From a virus (Duplodnaviria > Caudoviricetes), in the IMG/VR virus record IMGVR_UViG_3300027766_000001: a stretch of DNA of 64,000 nt; one strand, given 5' to 3'. Positions 39,621 through 49,669 of this stretch are shown here, one piece after another; the first letter of the stretch is position 1; every line of letters starts with the position of its first letter. A model generated the notes under the pieces. The model did not search any database, was not told the DNA's origin, and worked only from the letters and a program-made list of their open reading frames with translations. A program made the position numbers and the translations under genes.

Positions 39621-42185
39621 ATGCAACCTTTCTATCAGCAGCAGCCGATGAACATGTACCAGCCTCAGGGTGCGCCGCAGTTTTATCAACCACAGATGCC
39701 ACAACCGCAAATGTGGCAGCAGCCGCAGCCTCAGATGATGCAACAGCCTCAGCAGCAACCGCAGGTATCGCAGCAGCAAGTGATGCAGGCGTTAGCAACG
39801 TATGTTCAGCAGGCATCTAATGCAACGCAGATCGGGGCATATCTGTATCAGCGTTCATCTGGTCAGAACTGGCAGGACCCTGAATTCCAAGGTGCGGTTC
39901 AAGTAGGTGTTGCTTTTGTTATGTTGACACTGCGTACAACGCCAGGTCTGCCGATTCAGCAAGTGCTGAGCCGTGCGGTCACGGATACGTACAGCGTGAT
40001 GGTGATCATGAGTCTGGGTGCAAACCCGGGTATGGTAAGCACCATGCCGCAGCAGGTTCTGCAAGAGCTGTTACAAGACATTCCCCGTCTGCAACAGCAA
40101 CTGAACCAGGGTATGCAGTTAATTGGTAAGAATATTCAGATCCCTCTGTCTATTCCAGGTTACCAGGTAATGGCACAACACCCTACGGTTCAGCCGATGA
40201 TGCCGCAGATGATCCAGTATCAACAGCCGGGTATGCCAATGATGCAGCAACCAAGCATGCATCAGCAGTACGGTATTTCGCCTATGCAGCAACCAGGTCA
40301 GTCGCAAGGCGCGCACTTAGGTTACAGCAATGCGCGTTCTATGGTGCCACCTGCAGCCGCTGACAACCATCTGGGTGTCGCACCGGTGAAGATTGCACCA
40401 CCGGTCGCTAACGCCACTACCAGTAACGATAACGAGCTCGGTATCACGGCCCGTCAGGTAAGCTATGGTGTACACAATCCTAAGCCACTGTTGGCTGAAG
40501 ATCCGTTTGCGCCACAGCCTGCACAACAGCCGCAAGCCCAGTCTCAGCAACAGCCTGAACAACCACCGACCTTTAACCAGGGTGTGATGGAACAGTTCAG
40601 TACGCCGTCTCTGCAAACTGCGATCGATAACCAAATCAATCAGCACTATCCCAGCGACATTAACTTTGACCAAGTGGCTGAGTTAAGCAGTGAAGAAGAA
40701 GACGCACTGTTTAATCCGCCGGCTGACGAAGATTCCCGTCCGATGCCAAGCATGACTGAATTGTTTGCCAGCTCGTTTGGTCCAAACAAAGCAGATCCAT
40801 GGTCCGCACCGTACGGTGGTGTTGCAGGTGAAGTTGTACCTCAGCAGCACATCGTTCAGCAGCCTGAGCCTGTGGCACTTGCTCCGGTTAATCAAGCGCC
40901 TGTTGCGCCTGTTGCTTCTACGCCGGTACTCAGTGAAGAAGGTCTGCCGGATGGTTGGCTCTACACTGAGAAGTATTACGATGCACCGTCGGCTGACTTC
41001 TATGCAATCATGAAGAAAGCCCGTCGTCACAAATCCTGTCCATGGCCGATTGGCTACGATCGTCGCTATTGTACGCGTCTGTATCGTTACATGGAAGATG
41101 GCTCAATCGAACAGAAAATTGTTGGGGTACCTATGGATCGTCTCAAACACGACATCAGCCTGCTGGATACACCAGTGCCGACTGATAAAATCCGTGATGC
41201 GGAAATGGCCGACTTCGGTCCGTTGACGATCACCGGTGTCGGTGAAGCGGTGAAAATCATTAAAGACCCAGAAGTGACGCCAGAGATCCTGGAAGAGAAA
41301 CTGGGTGCGGACAGCATCTACACCATCGATAAGCCGGTGTATGCGTTGTCACGTCAGGAAGCGATGCTGCTGGGCTCACTCAAAGTGAAACCGATCATCG
41401 ATGAAGAGAAAACCAACGTACACGGTTTTGAAACCCAGATCCGTGAAATCAAACTCATCACCCAGCACGCTGAACTGACTACCCTGCTGGAAAACCCGGA
41501 TATCAACGCACTGACCATTGACTCAACGGTTCCTGACCTGATGCAACTGGCTGAAGCGATCCGTAATATCCGTACCAACAACTACCTGCCGGAGCGTGCG
41601 CTGCGTAAGATCACGGATTACATTCGTGACACGCTGAACGAAATGCTCTACGCAGACTACGGCTATGCCGGTGAAGTTGAACTGGAAAGTGAGCAGCCGC
41701 TGGAAGATGAGCTGGTTGAGTTCATTATGTACATGCAGAAAGACCCGTCTGATATGGACGTGTTGGATCGCATTCACAAGAACTGGGAAAACGTCCGTTC
41801 ACGCCTGTGTAAAGTTCTGACCGGTAATCCGCTGAAAGCTGCGCAGATGCAAATCGCGAAGCGTTACAACGGCACCGAAGAAGAGCAGAAGATGTTGGTT
41901 GAGCAGATGTCAACCGCCGTACTGCTGGAAGTGGCGTACAGCATCACCACGATGAACCGTACTGCTAAGCAGCTGCGTGCACATGACAACCAGCCTGCGT
42001 TCGTTACCATGCGTTCTGAGCGTCCTTATCTGCATCAGCTGATGAGCGACATCAAGAAACGTGGTAAAGCGACCGGTAGCGTTGTGACCAAGCACATCAT
42101 CATTACCCGTGACGGTATTGAGCTGGGCTTCTCACAAGCCGGTCTGGGTGCAGGCGATACCTTCCCAACCTGGTACATTAACTAA
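39621..42185 (+). CDS. large protein with Gln/Pro-rich low-complexity N-terminal region
   Basis: 854 aa; about the first 370 aa are Q/P/M-rich around a short helical segment; C-terminal half looks folded. Confidence 0.8.
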   Translation: MQPFYQQQPMNMYQPQGAPQFYQPQMPQPQMWQQPQPQMMQQPQQQPQVSQQQVMQALATYVQQASNATQIGAYLYQRSSGQNWQDPEFQGAVQVGVAFVMLTLRTTPGLPIQQVLSRAVTDTYSVMVIMSLGANPGMVSTMPQQVLQELLQDIPRLQQQLNQGMQLIGKNIQIPLSIPGYQVMAQHPTVQPMMPQMIQYQQPGMPMMQQPSMHQQYGISPMQQPGQSQGAHLGYSNARSMVPPAAADNHLGVAPVKIAPPVANATTSNDNELGITARQVSYGVHNPKPLLAEDPFAPQPAQQPQAQSQQQPEQPPTFNQGVMEQFSTPSLQTAIDNQINQHYPSDINFDQVAELSSEEEDALFNPPADEDSRPMPSMTELFASSFGPNKADPWSAPYGGVAGEVVPQQHIVQQPEPVALAPVNQAPVAPVASTPVLSEEGLPDGWLYTEKYYDAPSADFYAIMKKARRHKSCPWPIGYDRRYCTRLYRYMEDGSIEQKIVGVPMDRLKHDISLLDTPVPTDKIRDAEMADFGPLTITGVGEAVKIIKDPEVTPEILEEKLGADSIYTIDKPVYALSRQEAMLLGSLKVKPIIDEEKTNVHGFETQIREIKLITQHAELTTLLENPDINALTIDSTVPDLMQLAEAIRNIRTNNYLPERALRKITDYIRDTLNEMLYADYGYAGEVELESEQPLEDELVEFIMYMQKDPSDMDVLDRIHKNWENVRSRLCKVLTGNPLKAAQMQIAKRYNGTEEEQKMLVEQMSTAVLLEVAYSITTMNRTAKQLRAHDNQPAFVTMRSERPYLHQLMSDIKKRGKATGSVVTKHIIITRDGIELGFSQAGLGAGDTFPTWYIN

Positions 42186-42194
42186 TCGCATACG

Positions 42195-42223
42195 GCGAGG
42201 GCTTCGGCTCTCGCTTTATGCCG
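42195..42223 (+). terminator. cUUCGg hairpin followed by TTTATGCCG
   Basis: GCGAGGGC-TTCG-GCTCTCGC, then TTTATGCCG. Confidence 0.85.
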
Positions 42224-42254
42224 TCCTTTCTTTCTACTGTAAAACGAGACCTGT

Positions 42255-42446
42255 ATGATCACCAAAGAACAATACGACGCGGCCGACGCCTATCTGGATG
42301 AAAATAACCAGACAGCGTGGGTCGACTTAAGCAGCAGTGCAACCGAAGTGAAACTGGACGGGTGGTTCACCCTTGCGGATCTGGAAGCTGTAATTACTAT
42401 GAAGAAGTACTTACTCCAGAACCCAGAGGCGAAAACCGATGCGTGA
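42255..42446 (+). CDS. small hypothetical protein
   Basis: 63 aa, GAG upstream, overlaps the next ORF. Confidence 0.6.
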   Translation: MITKEQYDAADAYLDENNQTAWVDLSSSATEVKLDGWFTLADLEAVITMKKYLLQNPEAKTDA

Positions 42447-42756
42447 TCAACACTATGCAGCCAACTCACAAGTCATGCGCGATATCTTAGCAGAAATCGC
42501 CATGGACAGCTCACTGACGCGTTTACAGCAACGTGATCATGAGTTTGTATTGGCAGAACTCTCACGTCGCATGCAGGCCCGCTACGGCATCCAGGTAGCG
42601 CAGTTCAAACTTAACCCACGGGATTCTACCCGAATCACTGTGGATGCACTGGGTCAGGAGAATGTGTGCGGGAGTACACTGACCACCCACTTTGCAAATA
42701 CCGCTTTCATTTCTAAACGCAAGCATTATGCGTCGTGGAATGTTAACGCCCACTAA
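42439..42756 (+). CDS. hypothetical protein
   Basis: 105 aa, GAGG RBS, ends at a terminator. Confidence 0.65.
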   Translation: MRDQHYAANSQVMRDILAEIAMDSSLTRLQQRDHEFVLAELSRRMQARYGIQVAQFKLNPRDSTRITVDALGQENVCGSTLTTHFANTAFISKRKHYASWNVNAH

Positions 42757-42757
42757 C

Positions 42758-42830
42758 CGGCATAAAGACCGTGTCCTCTTCCTCCTTGCGGGGGAAGAGG
42801 CACGTGTCTCACTTATGCTTTCTTTTTTGG
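42758..42830. terminator. bidirectional terminator with CGGCATAA and TTATGCTT flanks
   Basis: CCTCTTCCTCC-TTGC-GGGGGAAGAGG stem between convergent genes. Confidence 0.85.
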
Positions 42831-42838
42831 TTTACTGC

Positions 42839-45800
42839 TTACGAGAAGTTCAGCTCGTCGTCAGCCGCCTTGTCGTCCTTAGAGTCTTTGTCTTTCCCCT
42901 CTTTGGCTTTCTTGGCTTCTTTCTTCTGCGTGCGCTTAGACTTGCGATCGCGACCCTTCGGTTTTCCATCACCGGCATCAGAGAACTCAAGGTCCTCGTT
43001 ACCGTCGCTGTTCTCATCGAAGTTAAGGTCAGAATCGTCGTGACGCTCGCCATCTTTGAAGTCCATGTCAGAGTGTTCGTCCTGACGGTGTTCTTCAAAG
43101 TCTTCTTCATTAAGGTCAACCGGTGGTGCGTCTGGATCGATTGGGTTGCCGTCTTTATCCAGCTCTGGTTCAGCAGGTTCAATCGGGTTACCATCTTTGT
43201 CCAGTTCAGGTTCAGGTACTTCATCTTCTGGGTTAGGTTCGCCTGGAACACCTTCGCCATTCGTTTCCGTAGCTTTACCTTCCTCACCTTCTGTTACTGC
43301 TCCGTCGGTGCTTTCTGCACTGAAGAGACTGGCTTCTGCACCTGCATCACTGGCAGCTGCTTCGCCCGTTGCCCCTTCGCCAGCATCTGCTCCAGGTTCT
43401 CCGCCGGCAGCGGTGTCGGCGAACGCGTCAGAATTATCAGTAGATTGACCGCTGAGATCATCAAGATCGTTACCACCGCCATTATCAGCAGAAAGGCTCG
43501 GATCAGCGTTGTCATTAAATGGATCAGAGGTCGCACCGGGGTCGGTGCCGTCGCTGTTAAAACCACCTTCCCCGCCTTCACCGCCCGGGTTACTAAACTC
43601 ATCAGCACCATTGTTAAATCCGCCCTCAGCTGGGTTGTTGTCAAGGTGACCGTCTGCTTCAAGCTTGGCAAAGGATTCCTGGATCTTGCCTTTCATCTCA
43701 TTGGACAGCTTGAGGTATTCGATCATCCCTTCCAGGGTCTGTTTGTTGTACGACACCATAGAGGCCAGCAGCGTAATCGATGCGTTAGACTCATCATCAA
43801 TTTCACACAGTGCGGTGATGTCTTCGTACGAGCCACTGCCCGCCATCCATTCACGCATTTTGTGTGAGACCAGGTTATTACGCCACATCTCAAACTTCGA
43901 GGTATCGGCACTGTCACCCAGGATGTAAGACAGGATGTCATCCGGGAACAGATCTTTGATGGCGTTCTCGTAGCGCTGACGCATCGTGTCATACGCCCGG
44001 TTCTGCTCATCAATATCCCCTTCCATCGGTTCAGGCAGCGTCAAGGTAATGGAGTTAATGAAGTTCACCAGAATGAAGTTCATCAGGGACTGATCGTTGT
44101 TATCAATCTCTGGGTGTTCTTCTTTGAGCTCCGCTAACTGTTCCTTCCCTTTCTTCGACGTGGGTGCCCACAACTTCTTGTTGTCCGCAATGATCTTGTA
44201 CAAGTCGTTCATCAGGTTACCTGACTTCATGACAATCTTCTGCACAAGTTCAGACAGGGTGTTACAGAACATCTTACGCTTCACACCTGTAGACTTACGG
44301 AACAAGGCGTTGTTATTGATGTGCTCAATCGCAAACTGCGCCGCGTTCTGAGTTGACAGCAGCGCCGGGTCCACTTCCCACATACCCCAGAGCATCTCCA
44401 GTAACCGGTCATTCCATTCAGCATCGGGTGGAGTGACGTTACGTTTGTCGTAAGACACATCCACATCAATGTCAGGGTAGCCCGGATGGCCATTGGTTTT
44501 CACGATCACACCGGCCTCATCCATGATGTTGATCACATCACGGGGGTTACGCGCACCAATCAATGAAGACATGGTCCGGTTACTGTTGAGGTGGGTGGTG
44601 ACGATGGCTTCAATGGTCTGGTCTGGCTCAGGGTTATCCGGATCCAGGTTGATACCCAGCGTGGTCACGTTGGTTGACGCAGAGATGTTCGCAAGCGTGG
44701 TAGAGATCACGTTGGCCATGGCCATTGATGCATACAGACGTGAACGCTCCAGCAGAGAACGACCGATACCAAAACGGTTGTAGTCGAAGGCAAAGTACAC
44801 CAACGCTTCTTCAGGAATAAAGAGCACTTTGGTTTTCAGGTTACGCATAGCACGCGCAAACATGATGTCTTTGATCTCGTCCGTCATACCGAGCGCTACC
44901 TTCTGTGCAAAGGTGCCGTTAACGATACGTTGTACCAGGTCTTTCTCGATGTCGTTGGTGACTTTCTTACGGAAGTCCACCATAGAGAACTGATCGGAGT
45001 TACCGCTCTTGTACTCTTGTGCCATCGCGATGATGCCTTTGGTGCCGTCAATGGCATTCGCCGTATCAGACTGGTTCTGCATCGGATCCTGGTACTTGTT
45101 CTCATTCATGGCGCTGGAGACCGCATTACCGTCACCGTCCAATACCACATACGCCCCGATGCGTGCACGCGGGTTACCCGGCAGATGGATAGGGACTACC
45201 GATTCCAACGGCAGGTCTTTCCACAGCACTGCGTCCACGTTCTCTTGCGTGAGCTCATCATCACGACGCATCTCCACGATGTCAGACTGTTTATAGTCAC
45301 GCTGTTTGAACAGCTGGTTATAAATGTCGACGTACTGGTCATCGCTCAGTGATTTCGCAATCGATGTACCGCCCCGACTGCCGTCTTTATTTTTTGGTTG
45401 GCCTTTCTCATCCAGCGCTTCGATGCCATAACTGCGGGTTGCTTGGTCGCGACGCAGACTGCGAGGGATTGCCACCTTCTTCGCCATGGCGTTACGGGCC
45501 AGGGTGAGTTTCAGTTGCGGCATACGCAAGATAGAGTCGTTGTCGGTCACCGTGACGTTATAGTTACTGTCACCCACGACGTTATTGGTCATCCCCACCG
45601 CTTCCCCGCTGAGCAGAGATTCGAGCGAGGCTTTCTTCACACCCGCGCTCAACGTCTTGTCATTATCACCCAACCAACCACGGGTTACAAACTCACCGTC
45701 TTTATAGTCGTCAACCAACGACTCCAGTGAGGCTTTAACATGACCGTTGATCACGTTGTCCAGTGAGGAGCTTGACAGCAACGCAATCGCTTCACCGCCT

Positions 45801-46249
45801 TTATAAAAGAGGACGTTAGCCAGGATGTCTGACAGGCGATCGGTAATTTTATAGTTGCCTTCAACATAATCCTCAACCCGATTCATCAGCAGGGTATTCA
45901 GGTCATTATTACGGCCTTCATACGACTCTGATTTGTAGGACAGGTTAATGGATGTTAAGTCACGAGGAGACAGGATGGCTGATTGCAAGATACTCAGCGC
46001 TTTAAAGGTACCCGGTACCGATTCCATCATCTCAGAGTTTGCGTCAATGGTAGTGCTGGTGATCTGAGAGATACGATCCAATGTCGCTTTAGGAATCTGG
46101 TCTTTGTTACCGGCTTGTCCTTTAGTTCTTGGTTTGTTGTCTTCAAGCGTCAGTAACTTCAGGACCGATTGAGAAACCGGGTCCTTATTCAGCGTGTTCA
46201 GTTTGGGCGTCTTTGCACCGGACACACCAGTTAATTTTTGATCAGCCAT
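42839..46249 (-). CDS. portal protein (phiKZ gp129-like) with long acidic C-terminal extension
   Basis: 1136 aa; PLESVVPIHLPGNP, YFAFDYNRFGIGRSLL and INLDPDNPEP motifs recalled from phiKZ-like portals; divergent from the gp128-like gene. Confidence 0.75.
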   Translation of the reverse strand: MADQKLTGVSGAKTPKLNTLNKDPVSQSVLKLLTLEDNKPRTKGQAGNKDQIPKATLDRISQITSTTIDANSEMMESVPGTFKALSILQSAILSPRDLTSINLSYKSESYEGRNNDLNTLLMNRVEDYVEGNYKITDRLSDILANVLFYKGGEAIALLSSSSLDNVINGHVKASLESLVDDYKDGEFVTRGWLGDNDKTLSAGVKKASLESLLSGEAVGMTNNVVGDSNYNVTVTDNDSILRMPQLKLTLARNAMAKKVAIPRSLRRDQATRSYGIEALDEKGQPKNKDGSRGGTSIAKSLSDDQYVDIYNQLFKQRDYKQSDIVEMRRDDELTQENVDAVLWKDLPLESVVPIHLPGNPRARIGAYVVLDGDGNAVSSAMNENKYQDPMQNQSDTANAIDGTKGIIAMAQEYKSGNSDQFSMVDFRKKVTNDIEKDLVQRIVNGTFAQKVALGMTDEIKDIMFARAMRNLKTKVLFIPEEALVYFAFDYNRFGIGRSLLERSRLYASMAMANVISTTLANISASTNVTTLGINLDPDNPEPDQTIEAIVTTHLNSNRTMSSLIGARNPRDVINIMDEAGVIVKTNGHPGYPDIDVDVSYDKRNVTPPDAEWNDRLLEMLWGMWEVDPALLSTQNAAQFAIEHINNNALFRKSTGVKRKMFCNTLSELVQKIVMKSGNLMNDLYKIIADNKKLWAPTSKKGKEQLAELKEEHPEIDNNDQSLMNFILVNFINSITLTLPEPMEGDIDEQNRAYDTMRQRYENAIKDLFPDDILSYILGDSADTSKFEMWRNNLVSHKMREWMAGSGSYEDITALCEIDDESNASITLLASMVSYNKQTLEGMIEYLKLSNEMKGKIQESFAKLEADGHLDNNPAEGGFNNGADEFSNPGGEGGEGGFNSDGTDPGATSDPFNDNADPSLSADNGGGNDLDDLSGQSTDNSDAFADTAAGGEPGADAGEGATGEAAASDAGAEASLFSAESTDGAVTEGEEGKATETNGEGVPGEPNPEDEVPEPELDKDGNPIEPAEPELDKDGNPIDPDAPPVDLNEEDFEEHRQDEHSDMDFKDGERHDDSDLNFDENSDGNEDLEFSDAGDGKPKGRDRKSKRTQKKEAKKAKEGKDKDSKDDKAADDELNFS

Positions 46250-46280
46250 TTATAAGGCTCCTTGTTTTCGGGAGATTCCG

Positions 46281-48737
46281 ATGAATTTAGACTATACGAT
46301 TTACGAGCAGGCTAACCTGTTGTTCGCTCGTACGATGGTGCTGCACTCCACACGCACAGCCGAGATCATGAATAAAGGAATGGCCTTGAAAGGGTTCGTA
46401 TATAATGCGGCCGACAAAAGGACATGGAAGTACTACATGAACCTGGCAGGGCAGTATCATCCGGATAACACCTTGATGCAGGTGCGCTCGCTTGACAACG
46501 GTGAGATGATTGACTTTACCGTAGAGAGCATGCAGATCCACGTCTCCACGGCGCGCAGTTATCAGTACGGCACTGACTACTATAATGAGCTGCTGTCCAA
46601 GTACCCGTCGCAGAAGCTATTGATCAACGGGATTCTGAATCCCATTCCGTTTGAGGTATCGATCAACGCAAACGAATTTGAGATCATCTGGCATGACACG
46701 TCATTGATTCTCGAAGGGGAAGACAACGTCCTGCCAAAACTGCAACAGTGGATCTACGGGTTTGTTAATCAGAATGAACACCTGAACTACACCAACCTGA
46801 CCGATGACCTGATGCATCATTACTTTGCCTCGCAGATTAAGATGCACACCGCGGTGCGTCTGATGCACATTCGTAATGAGAACATCGGCACCAGTTATGT
46901 CCATGACTTCCATATCTGGGCACACCTGGGTTCGCATGCAGGGTTAGAACGTTACCGCCCTTATCTCACCCGTAAGCAGGTATTGTGGCTGTACCGTAAC
47001 ATTGTTTACCTGATCCGTAACCCCGGTAAGCAGTTTGAATTCAGTAAGCTTATTCAGCACCTGTTAACCGAGCGCAGTATCCCATTGGCGGCGTACAATG
47101 CACAGCACTCTACGGAAACCCTGATTGAGAATGTGAAAGCGGGCGTGCGCTTTAAGCGTGAGCTGTTGAACATGCAGGACATGATCTCCAGTGATGCGTA
47201 TTTTCGTACCACCCGTGAGATCATGGAAGACCAGGTACCACTGGCGCGTGATAACAAGCTGATTGTGGAAGACGAAATCCCTAATACGTCTCTGGCGGTG
47301 CGTGCAAACCGTAATGCCAACATCCCGACCAAGGTGTTGGAATCGAGCATGCGTGACATGTCAGAATCCATTACCTACCCGCTCTCAGCCACCTTGTTGA
47401 ACGAGTGGGCTCGGATGGCCGCTACCGATCGCTACACGGCACTGGTCTCGATGGCAAACCCGAAGAATGGGTTGACCATGAGCATGACCGTGAAGGAAGC
47501 CTTCGTACTGTATCTGTACGCAATCTGGCAAGGACAGGGTCAGCCGTTAACCACGATCCCGCATTACCAGGCCACCATGTGTCTGAAGATCCCCCGTCCG
47601 ACCTTTGCACAGTTGAAAGCCCGACACGGCACGCAGTATGTGACTGATCGCTGGATTCTCCGGGCGATCAAAGATCAGCCTGATATGCCGTTGATCATCT
47701 CAACCGAGGCGTTTTACCACAAGGCGGTGGAAATCAACAGCGCTACCCAGATCCATCATGACATGTGGACTTACCGTAACCACATGGATGAGCGGGCCGG
47801 GATTGAGAAGATGTGTCTCGACCTTTATACGGATGTGATGTGCGACATGTGGGCCGGGATGACGTATGCAGACTTCTTCAAGAACCGGGGTTGGGATCTT
47901 ACGGAGATTCAGCCAGAAGACTGGAACACCATCGCCATCAACCTGATGAACATGGCAACCGGTTTGGACACGGCGGATACGCAACGTCTGGCAGATATTC
48001 AAAAGGCGATGCTGGAACTGACCCTGGAGTTGTCCTCGTACACCATCCAGGTGATTCGTAAGATCAACGATCAAGCGATTGCCATGCTGGACTACCCGAC
48101 GCTGCGTATGGGTGACATTCACATGCGCACCGGTCAGACCCATTGGCTGCAGGTGGGTGTGCGGATTGACGATGTGCACATGAAGCGTAAAGCCACGGTG
48201 GATATGGTTACGCAATCCAACAACATTGCAACCCACACCAGTTCCAAACGTCGTTGGGTCTATGACCTGAACATGACAGTGGGTGCAACGGCGGTGGCGC
48301 ATCCTAAGACCCGCTTCTACGCCTCAGGTGCGACCGCCCGTATCCAAGATACGTTGGAGGTAACACCCGTGGTCACGAAGAATCTGTTGGATGGTCTCTG
48401 GCCCGAACCGTTTGTGGATACCCGTCCGGTGATTGAGCAGGATCAGGTACTCGATGGACTGTGGTCGGATCCGAAGCCGGTGGGTGAACAGATGCTCGAT
48501 GGGTTGTGGGGTCAGGCGCACGATGTTGGTGATCAGATGCTGGACGGACTTTGGGGTAATGCACCCGGTATTGACCCGATCTTAGCAGAAGGCCTGGCGA
48601 TGGATAACGTGCCGGCAAACATGCGGGTGCTGAGTTCACTCTACAGCAAAACGCTGCCTAAAACGATTGATGTCAGTAACAATTCCGGCAGCACGAGTAG
48701 CAACAGCCTGGACGATGCCACGTGGGATCAATCGTGA
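46281..48737 (+). CDS. baseplate-type virion protein (phiKZ gp128-like)
   Basis: 818 aa; WKYYMNLAGQYHP, FHIWAHLGSH and WLYRNIVYL motifs; four LDGLW repeats near the C-terminus. Confidence 0.7.
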   Translation: MNLDYTIYEQANLLFARTMVLHSTRTAEIMNKGMALKGFVYNAADKRTWKYYMNLAGQYHPDNTLMQVRSLDNGEMIDFTVESMQIHVSTARSYQYGTDYYNELLSKYPSQKLLINGILNPIPFEVSINANEFEIIWHDTSLILEGEDNVLPKLQQWIYGFVNQNEHLNYTNLTDDLMHHYFASQIKMHTAVRLMHIRNENIGTSYVHDFHIWAHLGSHAGLERYRPYLTRKQVLWLYRNIVYLIRNPGKQFEFSKLIQHLLTERSIPLAAYNAQHSTETLIENVKAGVRFKRELLNMQDMISSDAYFRTTREIMEDQVPLARDNKLIVEDEIPNTSLAVRANRNANIPTKVLESSMRDMSESITYPLSATLLNEWARMAATDRYTALVSMANPKNGLTMSMTVKEAFVLYLYAIWQGQGQPLTTIPHYQATMCLKIPRPTFAQLKARHGTQYVTDRWILRAIKDQPDMPLIISTEAFYHKAVEINSATQIHHDMWTYRNHMDERAGIEKMCLDLYTDVMCDMWAGMTYADFFKNRGWDLTEIQPEDWNTIAINLMNMATGLDTADTQRLADIQKAMLELTLELSSYTIQVIRKINDQAIAMLDYPTLRMGDIHMRTGQTHWLQVGVRIDDVHMKRKATVDMVTQSNNIATHTSSKRRWVYDLNMTVGATAVAHPKTRFYASGATARIQDTLEVTPVVTKNLLDGLWPEPFVDTRPVIEQDQVLDGLWSDPKPVGEQMLDGLWGQAHDVGDQMLDGLWGNAPGIDPILAEGLAMDNVPANMRVLSSLYSKTLPKTIDVSNNSGSTSSNSLDDATWDQS
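48381..48554 (+). repeat. four (L/V/M)LDGLW peptide repeats
   Basis: NLLDGLW, QVLDGLW, QMLDGLW, QMLDGLW read directly from the ORF. Confidence 0.9.
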
Positions 48738-48782
48738 TCCATCCTATGTTATCCAGTATTTAACCCATGAAGGAGTGACCTT

Positions 48783-49667
48783 GTGACTACACAAATTGTG
48801 TATAAAGAAGGTACTGACTATTACGTGGTGGATCCATCCTTACCGTCCAGTGATCTGGTCTTTGGGTTGATTAACCACGATAACGGTACTAACTACACAC
48901 CCACCACACTGCGGCTCTCCACGCCGCAGGTGAACATGGACACTGTAAAGTTTCCACGTAACAGCAAGATCTTTGCGGTCACCCGTCCTGGTGCTGCTGT
49001 GCAGGGGTCAACCTGGTATTACTACGACCGTATCTCGTTGTCGTTCTATTTACAGAACTATCCCGAGATCGATGTCGAAGTGCCACCGGGTGCAACCACC
49101 ATGCAGGACCTGATCCCGTTCTTTAACGAAACCTTTAACATGGGGTTAACGAATGCGGATGTGCGTCCTGACCTGATCGACTTCTCACCGAACGCCATTA
49201 ACCGCTTCACGATCTCCACGGGCTCTCTGGCATGGCAGGATTCCGTACTGATCAATGTGGATGCAGCGAAGATCGATCTGGCGAAAGTCACGGGTGATGA
49301 CGAGCTTGATCTGATCCAGGTGGTGGCGGAACACCCCATGACTTACGGCGAGCTGTACGGTTACTGGACCAACACCAAACCGATTGGTCCGGTGTTGGTT
49401 GATATCCCGATGACCACCTTAGTGGACGACACACTCGCCCGTGCACTGACCAGCGTAACCGGTGACTTCTGGACCCACGAATCCAAACTGAGCCCAATGA
49501 ACCTGTTCAACGGCAAAGTGCTGTTCAACGGTCGCATCGTGGACCAAACGGATTGGCCGGGTAACGCAGACAAAGGGTACATGATGGTTGTGAACGTGGA
49601 CCCGACGTACTGCAGCGAGTTCCAGAACCCGCTTGTGTTGTACTATAACCGGGTACAGGGGACCTGA
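48783..49667 (+). CDS. baseplate/fibre adaptor paralog (phiKZ gp131-family-like N-domain plus C-domain)
   Basis: 294 aa, GTG start after AAGGAG; GSTWYYYDRISL N-domain and LARALTSVTGDFW C-domain. Confidence 0.7.
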   Translation: MTTQIVYKEGTDYYVVDPSLPSSDLVFGLINHDNGTNYTPTTLRLSTPQVNMDTVKFPRNSKIFAVTRPGAAVQGSTWYYYDRISLSFYLQNYPEIDVEVPPGATTMQDLIPFFNETFNMGLTNADVRPDLIDFSPNAINRFTISTGSLAWQDSVLINVDAAKIDLAKVTGDDELDLIQVVAEHPMTYGELYGYWTNTKPIGPVLVDIPMTTLVDDTLARALTSVTGDFWTHESKLSPMNLFNGKVLFNGRIVDQTDWPGNADKGYMMVVNVDPTYCSEFQNPLVLYYNRVQGT

Positions 49668-49669
49668 TC

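Noticed and set aside
42692-43867. 391-aa plus-strand hydrophobic ORF
   Set aside because: Antisense shadow of the portal's acidic low-complexity tail; it starts inside another gene, crosses a terminator and has no RBS.
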